Of a stretch of DNA of 64,000 nt, positions 19,473 to 29,018 are shown one piece after another. Every line of letters begins with the position of its first letter. Position 1 is the stretch's first letter. A program made the position numbers and the translations under genes. This DNA is from Synechococcales cyanobacterium (GTDB taxonomy: Bacteria; Cyanobacteriota; Cyanobacteriia; CAKZMO01), in assembly GCA_035285585.1 (NCBI GenBank), contig JAYKGU010000021.1:3283-67282 (forward strand). Direction: 5' to 3'. Below the pieces are notes generated by a model. It searched no databases and was not told the DNA's origin. It saw only the letters and a list, made by a program, of their open reading frames with translations.

Positions 19473-20294
19473 CTACATCTCTTCTGACGCTGGAGAACTG
19501 CCGCCGAAGAAGGGCGTCAGGTAAGCCACTACCGCGCCCAGGGAAAATCCAGCAATGTTGCGCACCAGCGGCAGCCATTCGGATGTACGGGTGACAACCG
19601 GACCGATGCCAAAGGCGATAAACAGGATTCCCCACAGGGGCGAAAAGATGAGCATCCACTGCCAGGCGATCGCCTGACCTGATTTACGTGGCTGGGCGGC
19701 AAATCCGCAAACCACACCACCAACAATGGAGGTGATGAGGGTTAAAATCCATTGCTCTCGCGGCAGCCCTGGGACGACGTTGCAGCCGCCCTGTTTGAGG
19801 CAGAGTTGGATGGACTCCAGCGCTCCCAGGATTGAGCCGTCCTCACCATTGTCGCGAACGAAGAACTGATTGCCGTAGCGGGTTTGCAGCTCAATCCAGA
19901 AAGTGCGGGGCAGCAGCTCAAACAGGGCATCCCCTACACTGAAATTCAATAGATTTCCGCCTCGGGGATCGGCAACCAGCATCACGCTGCGATCGTCAAG
20001 CCCCCAAAACTCTTTGACCGCTAGACCAGGGGTGCGCTCAAACTGGGTCAGGACCCGCAGCTTCCAACCCGTTTCTTCTTCAAAAGCCCGTAGTCGCTGA
20101 TCTAACTCTTCCTGCTGCACTGTCGCCAGGGAGTCGGCTAGATCGATGATGTTGGTAGGCTGGTCGGGCAGTAGTTCGGGATTATTGAAGGCGTGGGCGG
20201 GAGGCTCAACGACCCAGGTCAGGAAAACGGTGAAAAATGCAAGCAGGCAGGGGAAAAACCGAGAGGACAGGTAGTGTGGCATTGACAGGTTCAC
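19473..20294 (-). CDS. TPM-domain (TLP18.3/Psb32-like) membrane-anchored protein
   Basis: Signal/anchor N-terminus; TPM-like block LADSLATVQQEELDQRLRAFEEETGWKLRVLT; C-terminal TM helices. Confidence 0.5.
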   Translation of the reverse strand: MNLSMPHYLSSRFFPCLLAFFTVFLTWVVEPPAHAFNNPELLPDQPTNIIDLADSLATVQQEELDQRLRAFEEETGWKLRVLTQFERTPGLAVKEFWGLDDRSVMLVADPRGGNLLNFSVGDALFELLPRTFWIELQTRYGNQFFVRDNGEDGSILGALESIQLCLKQGGCNVVPGLPREQWILTLITSIVGGVVCGFAAQPRKSGQAIAWQWMLIFSPLWGILFIAFGIGPVVTRTSEWLPLVRNIAGFSLGAVVAYLTPFFGGSSPASEEM

Positions 20295-20507
20295 TCAAGC
20301 TAACCAAACGCAGTGATGATGAGCAGCGATCGCAGAAGTCTGAAAATTCAATAAATAATTTGTTACACTCCTTAATCTAATACTAATCTTAAAGCACATG
20401 TGACTCGGAGTACATCTACCCGCCAAACTTAGAGAGCAGAGCCAGACTGAGGCTGGTTTCCCCGGTCGTTTCGCCGCTTACTTTCCACCGCTTACTTAAG
20501 GACTGCC

Positions 20508-21416
20508 GTGAACTTACCCATCTCCCCCCCAAACCGCCCCACCCCTACCCCTAAAGTTTTGCTGCGTGGGCTGAAGTCAGAGCACTTTCGCCATGCCCTC
20601 GACTTGCAGGCCACCCAGACGCTGCAGCAGATTCCCGGAGTCGATTTGTTGCTGCGTACCGTCATCGGCCCCCTAGCTGAGCAGGTGTTTTACCTGGACA
20701 ACATCGCGTCCAGCATTTTAGTGGGTGAAAAGCAGCTTCCCCATCTGCACGCCCTCCTGATAGAAGCCTGCAATATTCTGGATTTGGAGCCGCCCCAGCT
20801 CTACGTGCGGCAAAACCCGGCCCCCAACGCCTACACCTTCGCGATTCGGGGTAAGCAGCCTTTTGTCGTGATCCACAGCTCCCTGATCGAACTGTTGACC
20901 CCTGCTGAAATTCAGGCGGTGATCGGCCATGAGCTGGGGCACCTGAAATGCGACCACAGCCTTTATCTGACGCTGGCCAACTTACTAATTCTGGCGTCGG
21001 GGGAACTGTTGCCTTTTGGTGGGGTGATTGCCCAGAGCCTGCAGTCCCAGGTGATGGAGTGGATTCGCTGTGCTGAGTTTACGTGCGATCGCGCCGCCCT
21101 CTTGGTCGCCCAGGATGCCCGCGTCGTTGCCTCGGTGCTGATGAAGCTGGCGGGAGGCTCCCCCAGTTTGGCCGCCCAGCTCAACCTGGACGCATTCCTA
21201 GAGCAGGCTCGCTCTTACGATCAGGTTGCCAGGACGGAGATTGGCACGCTCATCAAGCAGGCCCAGACCGAACCCCTGACCCATCCGCTGCCGGTGCTAA
21301 GGGCAAGGGAAATTGACCGTTGGGCCAGTAGTCAACCCTACCATGACCTGCTGAAACAGTGTTCGATCAGCTATAATGATGAAGCCGCATCCAAGGGCGG
21401 ATGGCGAAATTGGTAG
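20508..21416 (+). CDS. M48 family zinc metallopeptidase
   Basis: HExxH in VIGHELGHLKCDH; 302 aa. Confidence 0.75.
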   Translation: MNLPISPPNRPTPTPKVLLRGLKSEHFRHALDLQATQTLQQIPGVDLLLRTVIGPLAEQVFYLDNIASSILVGEKQLPHLHALLIEACNILDLEPPQLYVRQNPAPNAYTFAIRGKQPFVVIHSSLIELLTPAEIQAVIGHELGHLKCDHSLYLTLANLLILASGELLPFGGVIAQSLQSQVMEWIRCAEFTCDRAALLVAQDARVVASVLMKLAGGSPSLAAQLNLDAFLEQARSYDQVARTEIGTLIKQAQTEPLTHPLPVLRAREIDRWASSQPYHDLLKQCSISYNDEAASKGGWRNW

Positions 21417-21476
21417 ACGCACCACACTCAAAATGTGGCGACTTCGGTCGTGGGAGTTCGAGTCTCCCTCCGCCCA
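21395..21476 (+). tRNA. tRNA-Leu (anticodon CAA), type II with a long variable arm
   Basis: Folded by hand: acceptor GGGCGGA/TCCGCCC, D-arm GCGA..AATTGGTAGA..CGC, anticodon stem CCACA/TGTGG with loop CTCAAAA, variable arm CGACTTCGGTCG, T-arm GGGAG-TTCGAGT-CTCCC. Confidence 0.85.
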
Positions 21477-21506
21477 TGTTTTCCAACACAACCAAAAGGA
21501 GGAATC

Positions 21507-21764
21507 ATGGCTCAGCGGCTAAAGCGATGGGAATCTCCCCGTAAAGAGGGCCGAAACGTCAAAGGCAAAGGAGGAAGCGCACGAGGGCGACAGCGCCGCA
21601 AGCAGACGCAGATGCTCAAGCAAAAGCTCAAGTCCGGCCCACCGGCTCCGAGGGACACACGCTCCCCACAGGCAGGTCAAAGCCCCAATTCAATTTCACC
21701 CCATCGGGAAGAGCCACCGCCGCTCTTCCCGATTTTTTTGGAACTAACGCAAAATTTCATTTAG
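21507..21764 (+). CDS. Candidate small Lys/Arg-rich protein
   Basis: Strong SD AAAGGAGGAATC before the ATG at 21507; very basic composition (KGKGGSARGRQRRKQTQMLKQKLK). Confidence 0.3.
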   Translation: MAQRLKRWESPRKEGRNVKGKGGSARGRQRRKQTQMLKQKLKSGPPAPRDTRSPQAGQSPNSISPHREEPPPLFPIFLELTQNFI

Positions 21765-22130
21765 TGGTATAAATTTAGACTGTCCTCCGTGGTCTGCCCT
21801 TTCCAACCCTGCTAATCTAGCTTTGCTCGGATACCCGCAATTTCCCCTAAGCTGGGCCGAGTGCCGTGATTATTCCGCTTTGCTCTTTAAAATCCTTATC
21901 AGAAAGATACGCAGAATTACGCATGATGAGGGCAAGTTCTAGCCAGCTACAATCAAATTAACTCAGTAGCCAGTGGAAACTGGTGAAAACCCTCAGCCCA
22001 TTCACGGGATTCATCGGTAATTCGGTGTGAACAAGTCTTATTTCTTAAAAGTGACTTATTCAAAAGAGCCTGGACTAAATTCAAAAAGACTTTTTCAAAA
22101 CGCCATTTCCACGCTTCACATTAAGTACAT

Positions 22131-22217
22131 GGCCATAAATAAAAGCCAGTGGGGTGCGCCCCCCGGCGGGGGGTGCACCCCACCATAGCTACGTTTACTT
22201 ATGACCACCTACTTATC
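22131..22217. repeat. Dispersed repeat family C (ccataaataaa..agtgg..ccccaccatagc..cgtttatttatg.c.acctactta), with a GC-rich hairpin inserted; second copy at 12586-12652
   Basis: The two loci share ~45 of ~55 aligned positions by eye. Confidence 0.55.
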
Positions 22218-22483
22218 TTCAACAAAGTTGTTTAATTTTTTGATTCATTTCAATTAGCCGTGAATGCTTCGCTGGCATTTACTCGGAACAAGCTTCAGCG
22301 AACAGGTTATCGAAACATGCGTCCGTCACCTATCGTTCGGTTTGAGTTAGTCACGACTGGCTGTGGGTCTGTCGTTAAGGATGTTATACGAGGTATGGGG
22401 TTGGCATCTCTGGCAGTGCTCAGGTTCCCTTCCTGCCCCTGCCCCTGGGCGCAAACTCATACTGACGAAGGGGAGGCAAACCA

Positions 22484-24952
22484 TTGAGCACAAGTCATTC
22501 AGAGCCGCTTGCTTTTTACCGAAGGCTAGCGACGCAGGCCATGCCCGTGACCAGCCAGGATATTATTTTATTGCTGGCTGACCTCTCGCGGATGATGACC
22601 GACCTGCAGCGCGTGACAGAAAACTTGCAAAATAAGCGAAATGAGCTATCTCAACACTGCCAGCTTCTCTCTAAAAGTCACCGATCTTATCAAATGCTGT
22701 TTGAGCAGGCCCCTGTTGGTTATATCGTGACAAACGCCATTGGCGTGATCGAACAGGTAAATGACGTTGGGGTGCGGCTGCTGCAGAGAACCAAGGACAC
22801 TCTGATTGGTCAACCCCTGCAGCGTCTTGTTTCAGAGCGGTCGTCCATTGCGCTGGCTAATTTTCTGGCCCAGTGTCTGTCCCAATCAGACGACATCGCC
22901 CGACAAATGGAGGTCTGTCTGCCTGGATCCGAAGGCAGGGAAGCCCGGGTCAACCTTTTTGTGAGTCCCATTTATCGGCAATCCCGTGAAATCTCCGGGT
23001 TTCGCTGGATTCTCCACGATATCACTGAGCGGTGGCAGGCGATCGCCTTTCTCCAGCAGCGCATCGACCAGGAAAGGCAGTTGCGGAAAATTGCCCACTC
23101 TATTCGTCGTTCGTTGAATCCGCAAGAAATTCTCCAGAGCACCGTTACCGAACTACAGCCGCTTCTACAGGCGGGTCAGGTCTTTGCCTACCGGCTGGCG
23201 TCCGCTGCTGAACCAACCCAGATGCAGGATCCCGGAGACTCCGCCACCCGCGGGCAGGCCGGGGGCAACCTGCTAAAGGCGGAAGCCACTGATGCAAGCT
23301 GGAGTGGGAAGGGACTCTTTCCTGTGGGCGATCGCCTGCTGCGAGAGCAAATTCAGCAGTTGATGCACCACCAGTGCCTGGCCATTGACGATTTGAACCA
23401 CGCCTGCCTGTTGCCGGATCTGCGAGCCGCCTGGCAGCAGCAGCAGGTAGAGGCCGTCTTGGTAGTGCCCCTGGTGTGGAGTGAGGAACCCATTGGCCTG
23501 CTGGGTATTTTGCAGCAATCTCCCTGCTACTGGCACCCGGCTGACATTGAGCTAATTTGTCAGCTTGCTGATGAAGTCAGCATCGCCCTGCACCACGCGG
23601 ATTTGTATCACCAGATTCAGCAACTGAACACCGACCTGGAGGCCGAGGTGGAGCGGCGCACCGTACAGGTGCGGACCGCGGCGGAGTTTGAGTCGATGCT
23701 GAAGCGTATTACCGACAAGGTGCGCGACTCGCTGGATGAGAGCCAGATTTTACAAACGGCGATGCGGGAGCTGGCCCAGGTTTTAGAGCTGGGGGGCTGT
23801 AATACGGCGCTTTATGACCTGGAGGAACAGACTTCCACCATTTCCCACGAATACACCAACTTTATTCCGGCGTATCGGGGGCGGGTGGCGCAGATGAATG
23901 ACTTCCCCGAAATTTATAACCAGCTCCGCCAGGGCCAGTACTTCCAGTTTTGCTCCCTGATTCCTAACCCGGCCCGAGGGCAGGTGGCGCTGCTGGCCTG
24001 TCCTATTTTTGTCGATTCTGAATCGTCGGCAGAAGGAACCCAGCAGGTGCTGGGGGATTTATGGCTAATTAACCACAAGGACCATATCTTTAACGAGTTC
24101 GAGATTCGCCTGGTGCAGCAGGTGGCTAACCAGTGTGCGATCGCCATTCGTCAGGCCCGCCTCTACCAGGCCGCCCAGGGACAGGTACACGAGCTGGAGC
24201 GGCTCAACCGGCTCAAGGATGAGTTTTTAAGCACCGTATCCCATGAGCTGCGCACGCCCATTTCCAACGTCAAAATGGCGATTCACATGCTAAAACGGGC
24301 CAGCACGGAAGAAAAGCGGCAGCGCTATTTCGAGATCCTAGAAGCCGAGTGCCAGCGGGAAGCTGATTTGATCAACGACCTGCTGGATCTGCAAAAGCTT
24401 GAGGTGTCGTCCTATCCCATCACCGTGAATACCATTGCCCTGCAGGACTGGATTCCCAGTGTGGTTGAACCGTTCCAGTCGCGCATTTCTACCTATCAGC
24501 AGCACCTCAACGTTATTTGTCCCCAATCGCTGCCGCTGCTTTGCACCGATTTCGACATTTTGCAGCGGATTCTCGCCGAACTGCTCAACAACGCCTGTAA
24601 GTATACGCCTTCGGATCGCACCATTGAGTTAAGCGTGTATAGCAATGAGGTAGTGGAAGATCCCCTGGGGCGATCGCTCCCCCCTGGCATTACCGTAATC
24701 GCGCGTAACCAGGCCGAAATTCCCGCCTCTGAACTTCCCCATATTTTTGAAAAATTCTATCGGGTGCCCAACGCCGATCCGTGGAAACAGGGCGGAACAG
24801 GGCTGGGGCTGGCCCTGGTGCAAAAGCTGGTAGAACAGTTGGGGGGATCGATTTACGTCGAAAGCAAAGATGGCTGGACGACGTTTACGGTCACCGTTCC
24901 CAACCTGCCCAAGCAAGACCCCCGCCTGACGATAGAATCACTGAGTCAGTAG
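22484..24952 (+). CDS. Multi-sensor (PAS/GAF) signal-transduction histidine kinase, TTG start
   Basis: H-box LSTVSHELRTPIS; N/G boxes ELLNNACKYT, GGTGLGLALV; upstream PAS and GAF-like regions; GGAGG RBS. Confidence 0.85.
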   Translation: MSTSHSEPLAFYRRLATQAMPVTSQDIILLLADLSRMMTDLQRVTENLQNKRNELSQHCQLLSKSHRSYQMLFEQAPVGYIVTNAIGVIEQVNDVGVRLLQRTKDTLIGQPLQRLVSERSSIALANFLAQCLSQSDDIARQMEVCLPGSEGREARVNLFVSPIYRQSREISGFRWILHDITERWQAIAFLQQRIDQERQLRKIAHSIRRSLNPQEILQSTVTELQPLLQAGQVFAYRLASAAEPTQMQDPGDSATRGQAGGNLLKAEATDASWSGKGLFPVGDRLLREQIQQLMHHQCLAIDDLNHACLLPDLRAAWQQQQVEAVLVVPLVWSEEPIGLLGILQQSPCYWHPADIELICQLADEVSIALHHADLYHQIQQLNTDLEAEVERRTVQVRTAAEFESMLKRITDKVRDSLDESQILQTAMRELAQVLELGGCNTALYDLEEQTSTISHEYTNFIPAYRGRVAQMNDFPEIYNQLRQGQYFQFCSLIPNPARGQVALLACPIFVDSESSAEGTQQVLGDLWLINHKDHIFNEFEIRLVQQVANQCAIAIRQARLYQAAQGQVHELERLNRLKDEFLSTVSHELRTPISNVKMAIHMLKRASTEEKRQRYFEILEAECQREADLINDLLDLQKLEVSSYPITVNTIALQDWIPSVVEPFQSRISTYQQHLNVICPQSLPLLCTDFDILQRILAELLNNACKYTPSDRTIELSVYSNEVVEDPLGRSLPPGITVIARNQAEIPASELPHIFEKFYRVPNADPWKQGGTGLGLALVQKLVEQLGGSIYVESKDGWTTFTVTVPNLPKQDPRLTIESLSQ

Positions 24953-25070
24953 AATTGAACCCGGCGCTTGCCGACGATAGGACTAGAATAGAGACGCCCA
25001 AAAGTCTACAGCGATAGAATCGGTGGAACGTGATGGTCACACCTATACAGCACCGAGGTCAGACTAGAGC

Positions 25071-26057
25071 GTGATTGGACGCATAATTGGACAGATGCGC
25101 CTGCTGCACCTGGTGAACCGGCGGTTTTTTCGGTTTTTTAGATATCTTACGCCTCGGGTTCTCTGGGAAACGGGTAGGCGAACCGGCGAACAGCGGCTGA
25201 TGGGGCTGGCGTCCGAAATCGCCTACAACGCCATGTTTGCCCTTTTCCCCTCAATTCTGGCAGTTTTCACCGCCATTGGCCTCTTTGACCCATTGACGAC
25301 CCGGTTTGAGCGCATGGTTGAGCGGGTGAGCGAGGTCGTGCCTTTGGAGGTGTTTCGCCTGGTCAACAACTTCGCGGAGGAGTTAAGTAACAGCAGCAAT
25401 GGTGGGCTGTTTTCCCTGAGCTTTTTTCTAGCGATCTGGATTTCATCGGGGGCTGTGGGATCTGCCATGCGGGCTATGGATCAGATTCACCAGGTGCCCC
25501 GCCGCCGCCGCCGCCCCTTCTGGAAGGCCAAGCTTATTTCCATTGGGCTGACCTTGGGGGCGATCGCCCTCCTGATCCTGGCTTCGTTTCTGATTTTCCT
25601 CAGCGACATTCTGCTGGGCATTCTCATCGACCAGGCGGCTCAGCGAAGCAGTATTTTAGAGCAGGCACTGCTCACTGTGGCCCAGTATTTGAGCTTTCCC
25701 CTGGCTCTGTGCACCATGTCCGTTGCCTTCGCCGTTCTCTATCGCTTTGGCCCCAGCCGCTGGAACCCAGGAAAACCCATTCTGCCGGGAGCAATGCTGG
25801 CAGCCATTTCCTGGGCGGTGATTTCGGGCCTGTTTCGCCTTTATGTCATTCGCTTCGGCAACTACAATCGGGTCTATGGTGCGGTGGGGGCTGTGATCGT
25901 CCTCTTGCTGTGGCTCTACCTTAGCTCCCTGGTGATGCTGATCGGGGATCAGCTAAATGTGGTGGTGGGCGAGGCGATGCAGCAAGCAAAAAGCGACAGG
26001 AGAGAGCTGAAAGGAAAGAAGGGCAAGGGATCGATAGAAAAAGGGGAGGAGCATTAG
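25071..26057 (+). CDS. YihY/BrkB (ribonuclease BN-like) family inner membrane protein
   Basis: ASEIAYNAMFALFPSILAV signature; six TM helices. Confidence 0.7.
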   Translation: MIGRIIGQMRLLHLVNRRFFRFFRYLTPRVLWETGRRTGEQRLMGLASEIAYNAMFALFPSILAVFTAIGLFDPLTTRFERMVERVSEVVPLEVFRLVNNFAEELSNSSNGGLFSLSFFLAIWISSGAVGSAMRAMDQIHQVPRRRRRPFWKAKLISIGLTLGAIALLILASFLIFLSDILLGILIDQAAQRSSILEQALLTVAQYLSFPLALCTMSVAFAVLYRFGPSRWNPGKPILPGAMLAAISWAVISGLFRLYVIRFGNYNRVYGAVGAVIVLLLWLYLSSLVMLIGDQLNVVVGEAMQQAKSDRRELKGKKGKGSIEKGEEH

Positions 26058-27167
26058 GTGAATCGGGTTGTTGTCGTGGGGGCGGGGGTTGTGGGGGCAG
26101 CGATCGCCTACGAGCTGAGCCTGGTGCCGGATCTACAGATAACCCTGCTCGATCGCCAGCCACCGGCTCAAGATTCCACGGGGGCAGCCCTGGGCGTCCT
26201 GATGGGAGCCATCAGTCAAAAGACCAGGGGACGGGCATGGCGACTGCGGGAGGCCAGCCTGCGCCGCTATAAGACCCTAATTCCCGAATTAGAAGCTCTT
26301 ATGGGCAACCTGATCCCCGTTAACCGGGACGGCATCCTCCTGCTGGGTTTTGCAGATGAAAATTGGGACAAATGGCGAGATCTGGCAGCGCTGCGCCAGA
26401 CTCAGGGCTGGCGGCTAGAGATCTGGGACGAGGGGACGCTGCGATCGCGCTACCCCCAGGTGGGCCAGCAGTTGGGCGGGCAGGCAATCACCGGGGCGGT
26501 TTATTCCCCTGGCGATCGCCAGATCGATCCGGTGGCCCTCACCCAGGCCCTGGTATCTGCCGCCCAGCATCAAGGAGTCACCGTGAGACTGGACACGTCG
26601 GTTATGGCGCTGACGCGATCGCCCGCTGTCGCCCACGGCCCATACCAACTGCACACCACCCAGGGAGACCTTCCTGCCGACTGGATAATCCTGGCCGCCG
26701 GGCTAGGGTCGCCCCTGCTGAGCGCATCGCTGCACCAGTCCCTGGATATTCGCCCGGTTCTAGGACAGGCCCTGCGGCTGCACCTCCCCCAGCCCCTGGG
26801 CACGGCAGCCTTTCGGCCCGTCCTCACCGGCCAGGATCTGCACATCGTACCCCTGGGAGAGCGGGAGTGCTGGGTAGGAGCAACCGTGGAATTTCCCGAT
26901 GAAGCAGGCGGGGTCGTAGCCGATGCAGCTCAGCTACAGACAGTGCTGGAAGGGGCGATCGCCCTCTGCCCACTCCTGGCCGGTGCCACCGTCCTCCATA
27001 CCTGGTCGGGCCAGCGTCCCCGCCCCTTTAACCGCTCAGCTCCAGTGATCGAGCCGCTTCCCGATCATCCCCAGGTCATCCTCGCCACCGGCCACTATCG
27101 CAATGGCGTACTGCTGGCCCCGGCAACGGCGCTCCAGGTGCGAGATTTAGTCATAAAAGCTGAATGA
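26058..27167 (+). CDS. FAD-dependent oxidoreductase, DAO family (glycine oxidase ThiO-like)
   Basis: Rossmann VVVVGAGVVGAAIAYEL; C-terminal GHYRNGVLLAP. Confidence 0.7.
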   Translation: MNRVVVVGAGVVGAAIAYELSLVPDLQITLLDRQPPAQDSTGAALGVLMGAISQKTRGRAWRLREASLRRYKTLIPELEALMGNLIPVNRDGILLLGFADENWDKWRDLAALRQTQGWRLEIWDEGTLRSRYPQVGQQLGGQAITGAVYSPGDRQIDPVALTQALVSAAQHQGVTVRLDTSVMALTRSPAVAHGPYQLHTTQGDLPADWIILAAGLGSPLLSASLHQSLDIRPVLGQALRLHLPQPLGTAAFRPVLTGQDLHIVPLGERECWVGATVEFPDEAGGVVADAAQLQTVLEGAIALCPLLAGATVLHTWSGQRPRPFNRSAPVIEPLPDHPQVILATGHYRNGVLLAPATALQVRDLVIKAE

Positions 27168-27312
27168 GCTGACTTGGGAAATACCTCAGAGAACCTCTGG
27201 CTTAACCCACTCTGGAGCCAGAGTCCCCTGGAAGTGTCCCCAGCGGGATGTCGGAACCAGCCGTCGCGCCAGCATCCTGCTTGCGTATGGATCACTCAAA
27301 ACTCACCGCTCC

Positions 27313-28494
27313 TCACTGCTGCGACAGCCGTTTCACCGTCTCCCCGCCCAGCAGGCGATCGGCCTCCGCCAGGGTGGCAGGGATCGTATCGGCATGGGGG
27401 CTGTGGGCCAGACACGCCCGCAGGTCAAGCTGGTGAATCTGGTCAGCTTTGTTCCCTGGAAACCAGTGACTGGCATTACCCAGCAGGTTATAGCGCATCT
27501 TGGCGTAGTCCACCATATCGTAGGCCAGGGCCAGGTTACGCAACCAGAGGATCACGGGAATATTGACCCCGCCGGGGGTATGCCGCTGATCCGGCAGGCC
27601 GACGTGCCAGCTTTTGTACCAGGTTTCACCCAGGGCCTCAATGGCGGCCTGCTCCAGTCGCTGCAGGATGGGCGGCAGCACTTCATCGGCGCGATCGAGC
27701 AGCTCCAGGGTTTTCAGGTGCTCATCAAAATCAGAGGGACGGGCCGCTCCCAGGCTCAGGGTATGCACCTGGGGATGGCTGAGGCAAAAGAGGTCGTTAA
27801 ACACCATCGGACTCAGGGGCGCACAGAGATCCACCAGCTTTTGCGGCGGACTGTAGAGCTTGCCACCCTTGTCGGAGGGGCTGATGATAAATACGCCCAT
27901 GTCCCGCTGGCTGGCCGCCTCAATGGCAGGCCAGTTGAACTGGTTGATGTAGTACCAGTGGAGATTCACGTAGTCGAACTGGTTGGTTTCGATGGTCTTG
28001 AGAATAATGTCCGTAGGGGCGTGGGTAGAAAAGCCAATGAAGCGCACCTTGCCCTGCTGCTGAAGCGATCGCGCCACTTCCAAACAGCCCCCCGGTCGCA
28101 CTGTCCAGTCGAGCATTTCGGGGGTGTTGATGCCGTGGATGCCCAGCAGGTCAACGGTGTCGAGTCGCAGATTAGACAGGCATTTCTGCACGGTTTTACC
28201 AAAATCTTTAGGATTTTCCTGGGGCGAAACCTTGGTTTGAACAATGAGCTGCTCCCGTGGCAGTCGCGGCAAAATCCGTCCCAGTTGAATTTCGGATGTG
28301 CCGTAGCCTCGCGCTGTTTCAATATGGTGAATGCCCACCTCAAGCGAGCGGCGAATGGTGGCCTCCAGGTTGTCCTGGCTGGGGTGGGGAATTTGCCAGC
28401 CAGGCACGTCTTTCCAGGAGTGTTGATAGCGCATCCCGCCACAGGAGAAGACGGGCATTTGTAAATTCGTGCGTCCGAATCGTCGGTATTGCAT
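27313..28494 (-). CDS. Aldo/keto reductase family oxidoreductase
   Basis: GIHHIETARGYGTSE; AKR fold length. Confidence 0.75.
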   Translation of the reverse strand: MQYRRFGRTNLQMPVFSCGGMRYQHSWKDVPGWQIPHPSQDNLEATIRRSLEVGIHHIETARGYGTSEIQLGRILPRLPREQLIVQTKVSPQENPKDFGKTVQKCLSNLRLDTVDLLGIHGINTPEMLDWTVRPGGCLEVARSLQQQGKVRFIGFSTHAPTDIILKTIETNQFDYVNLHWYYINQFNWPAIEAASQRDMGVFIISPSDKGGKLYSPPQKLVDLCAPLSPMVFNDLFCLSHPQVHTLSLGAARPSDFDEHLKTLELLDRADEVLPPILQRLEQAAIEALGETWYKSWHVGLPDQRHTPGGVNIPVILWLRNLALAYDMVDYAKMRYNLLGNASHWFPGNKADQIHQLDLRACLAHSPHADTIPATLAEADRLLGGETVKRLSQQ

Positions 28495-29018
28495 GGAAGC
28501 TGGTTCGCCTTATGGCCATCACTCACGTCATCTCTGAGTATGCCACGGCAGTTTCAGGCCTGCGGGCCGCTAGCGGACGGGTGGAGCATCCGAAAAATTA
28601 CGGAGAAGTTTGCCAGTATCAAAAAATTCATCCAATCTTGACTCAGTAATCAAGTACTTTTATTGAAACGTAAGGAATACTAAGTAACAGAGAATGCTAA
28701 CTAGCAGAACAACTTCAGTGTGCATCTCAAGTCCGTATCCGTGTTCGTTAAGCTACTTTCAGGGAAATTTGACAGGCATCTCATGCGCGGTTCTATTGCA
28801 TAGATCTCCCCAAATCTCCCTAAATCTCCCTAAGCCTATCTCAATGGATTGCCACCCGTTGATTGCCACCCCCACTTCCTCCACCAGCCCCCATAGTTGA
28901 GTCTGGTCATTCAAGTAAAGACCAGTAAGCGATCGCCCCTATCCCTCTTCCTCGCCACTTACTTCCACTGAGTAGCGTCAGTGACCTTATTATTCAGCGT
29001 TTTTAAACGCATCTGCCT

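Noticed and set aside
26363-26902. 179-aa Arg/Pro/Gly-rich ORF in an alternative frame of the FAD oxidoreductase gene
   Set aside because: Same-strand overlapping frame; composition artefact of GC-rich coding sequence.
27394-28464. 356-aa ORF on the plus strand
   Set aside because: Fully antisense to the well-supported aldo/keto reductase gene. It is a typical high-GC shadow ORF with low-complexity His/Gly/Val-rich translation.
28795-28840. aaatctccct x3 short tandem repeat upstream of the TPR kinase
   Set aside because: Real but very short and of no evident function; not listed as a feature.
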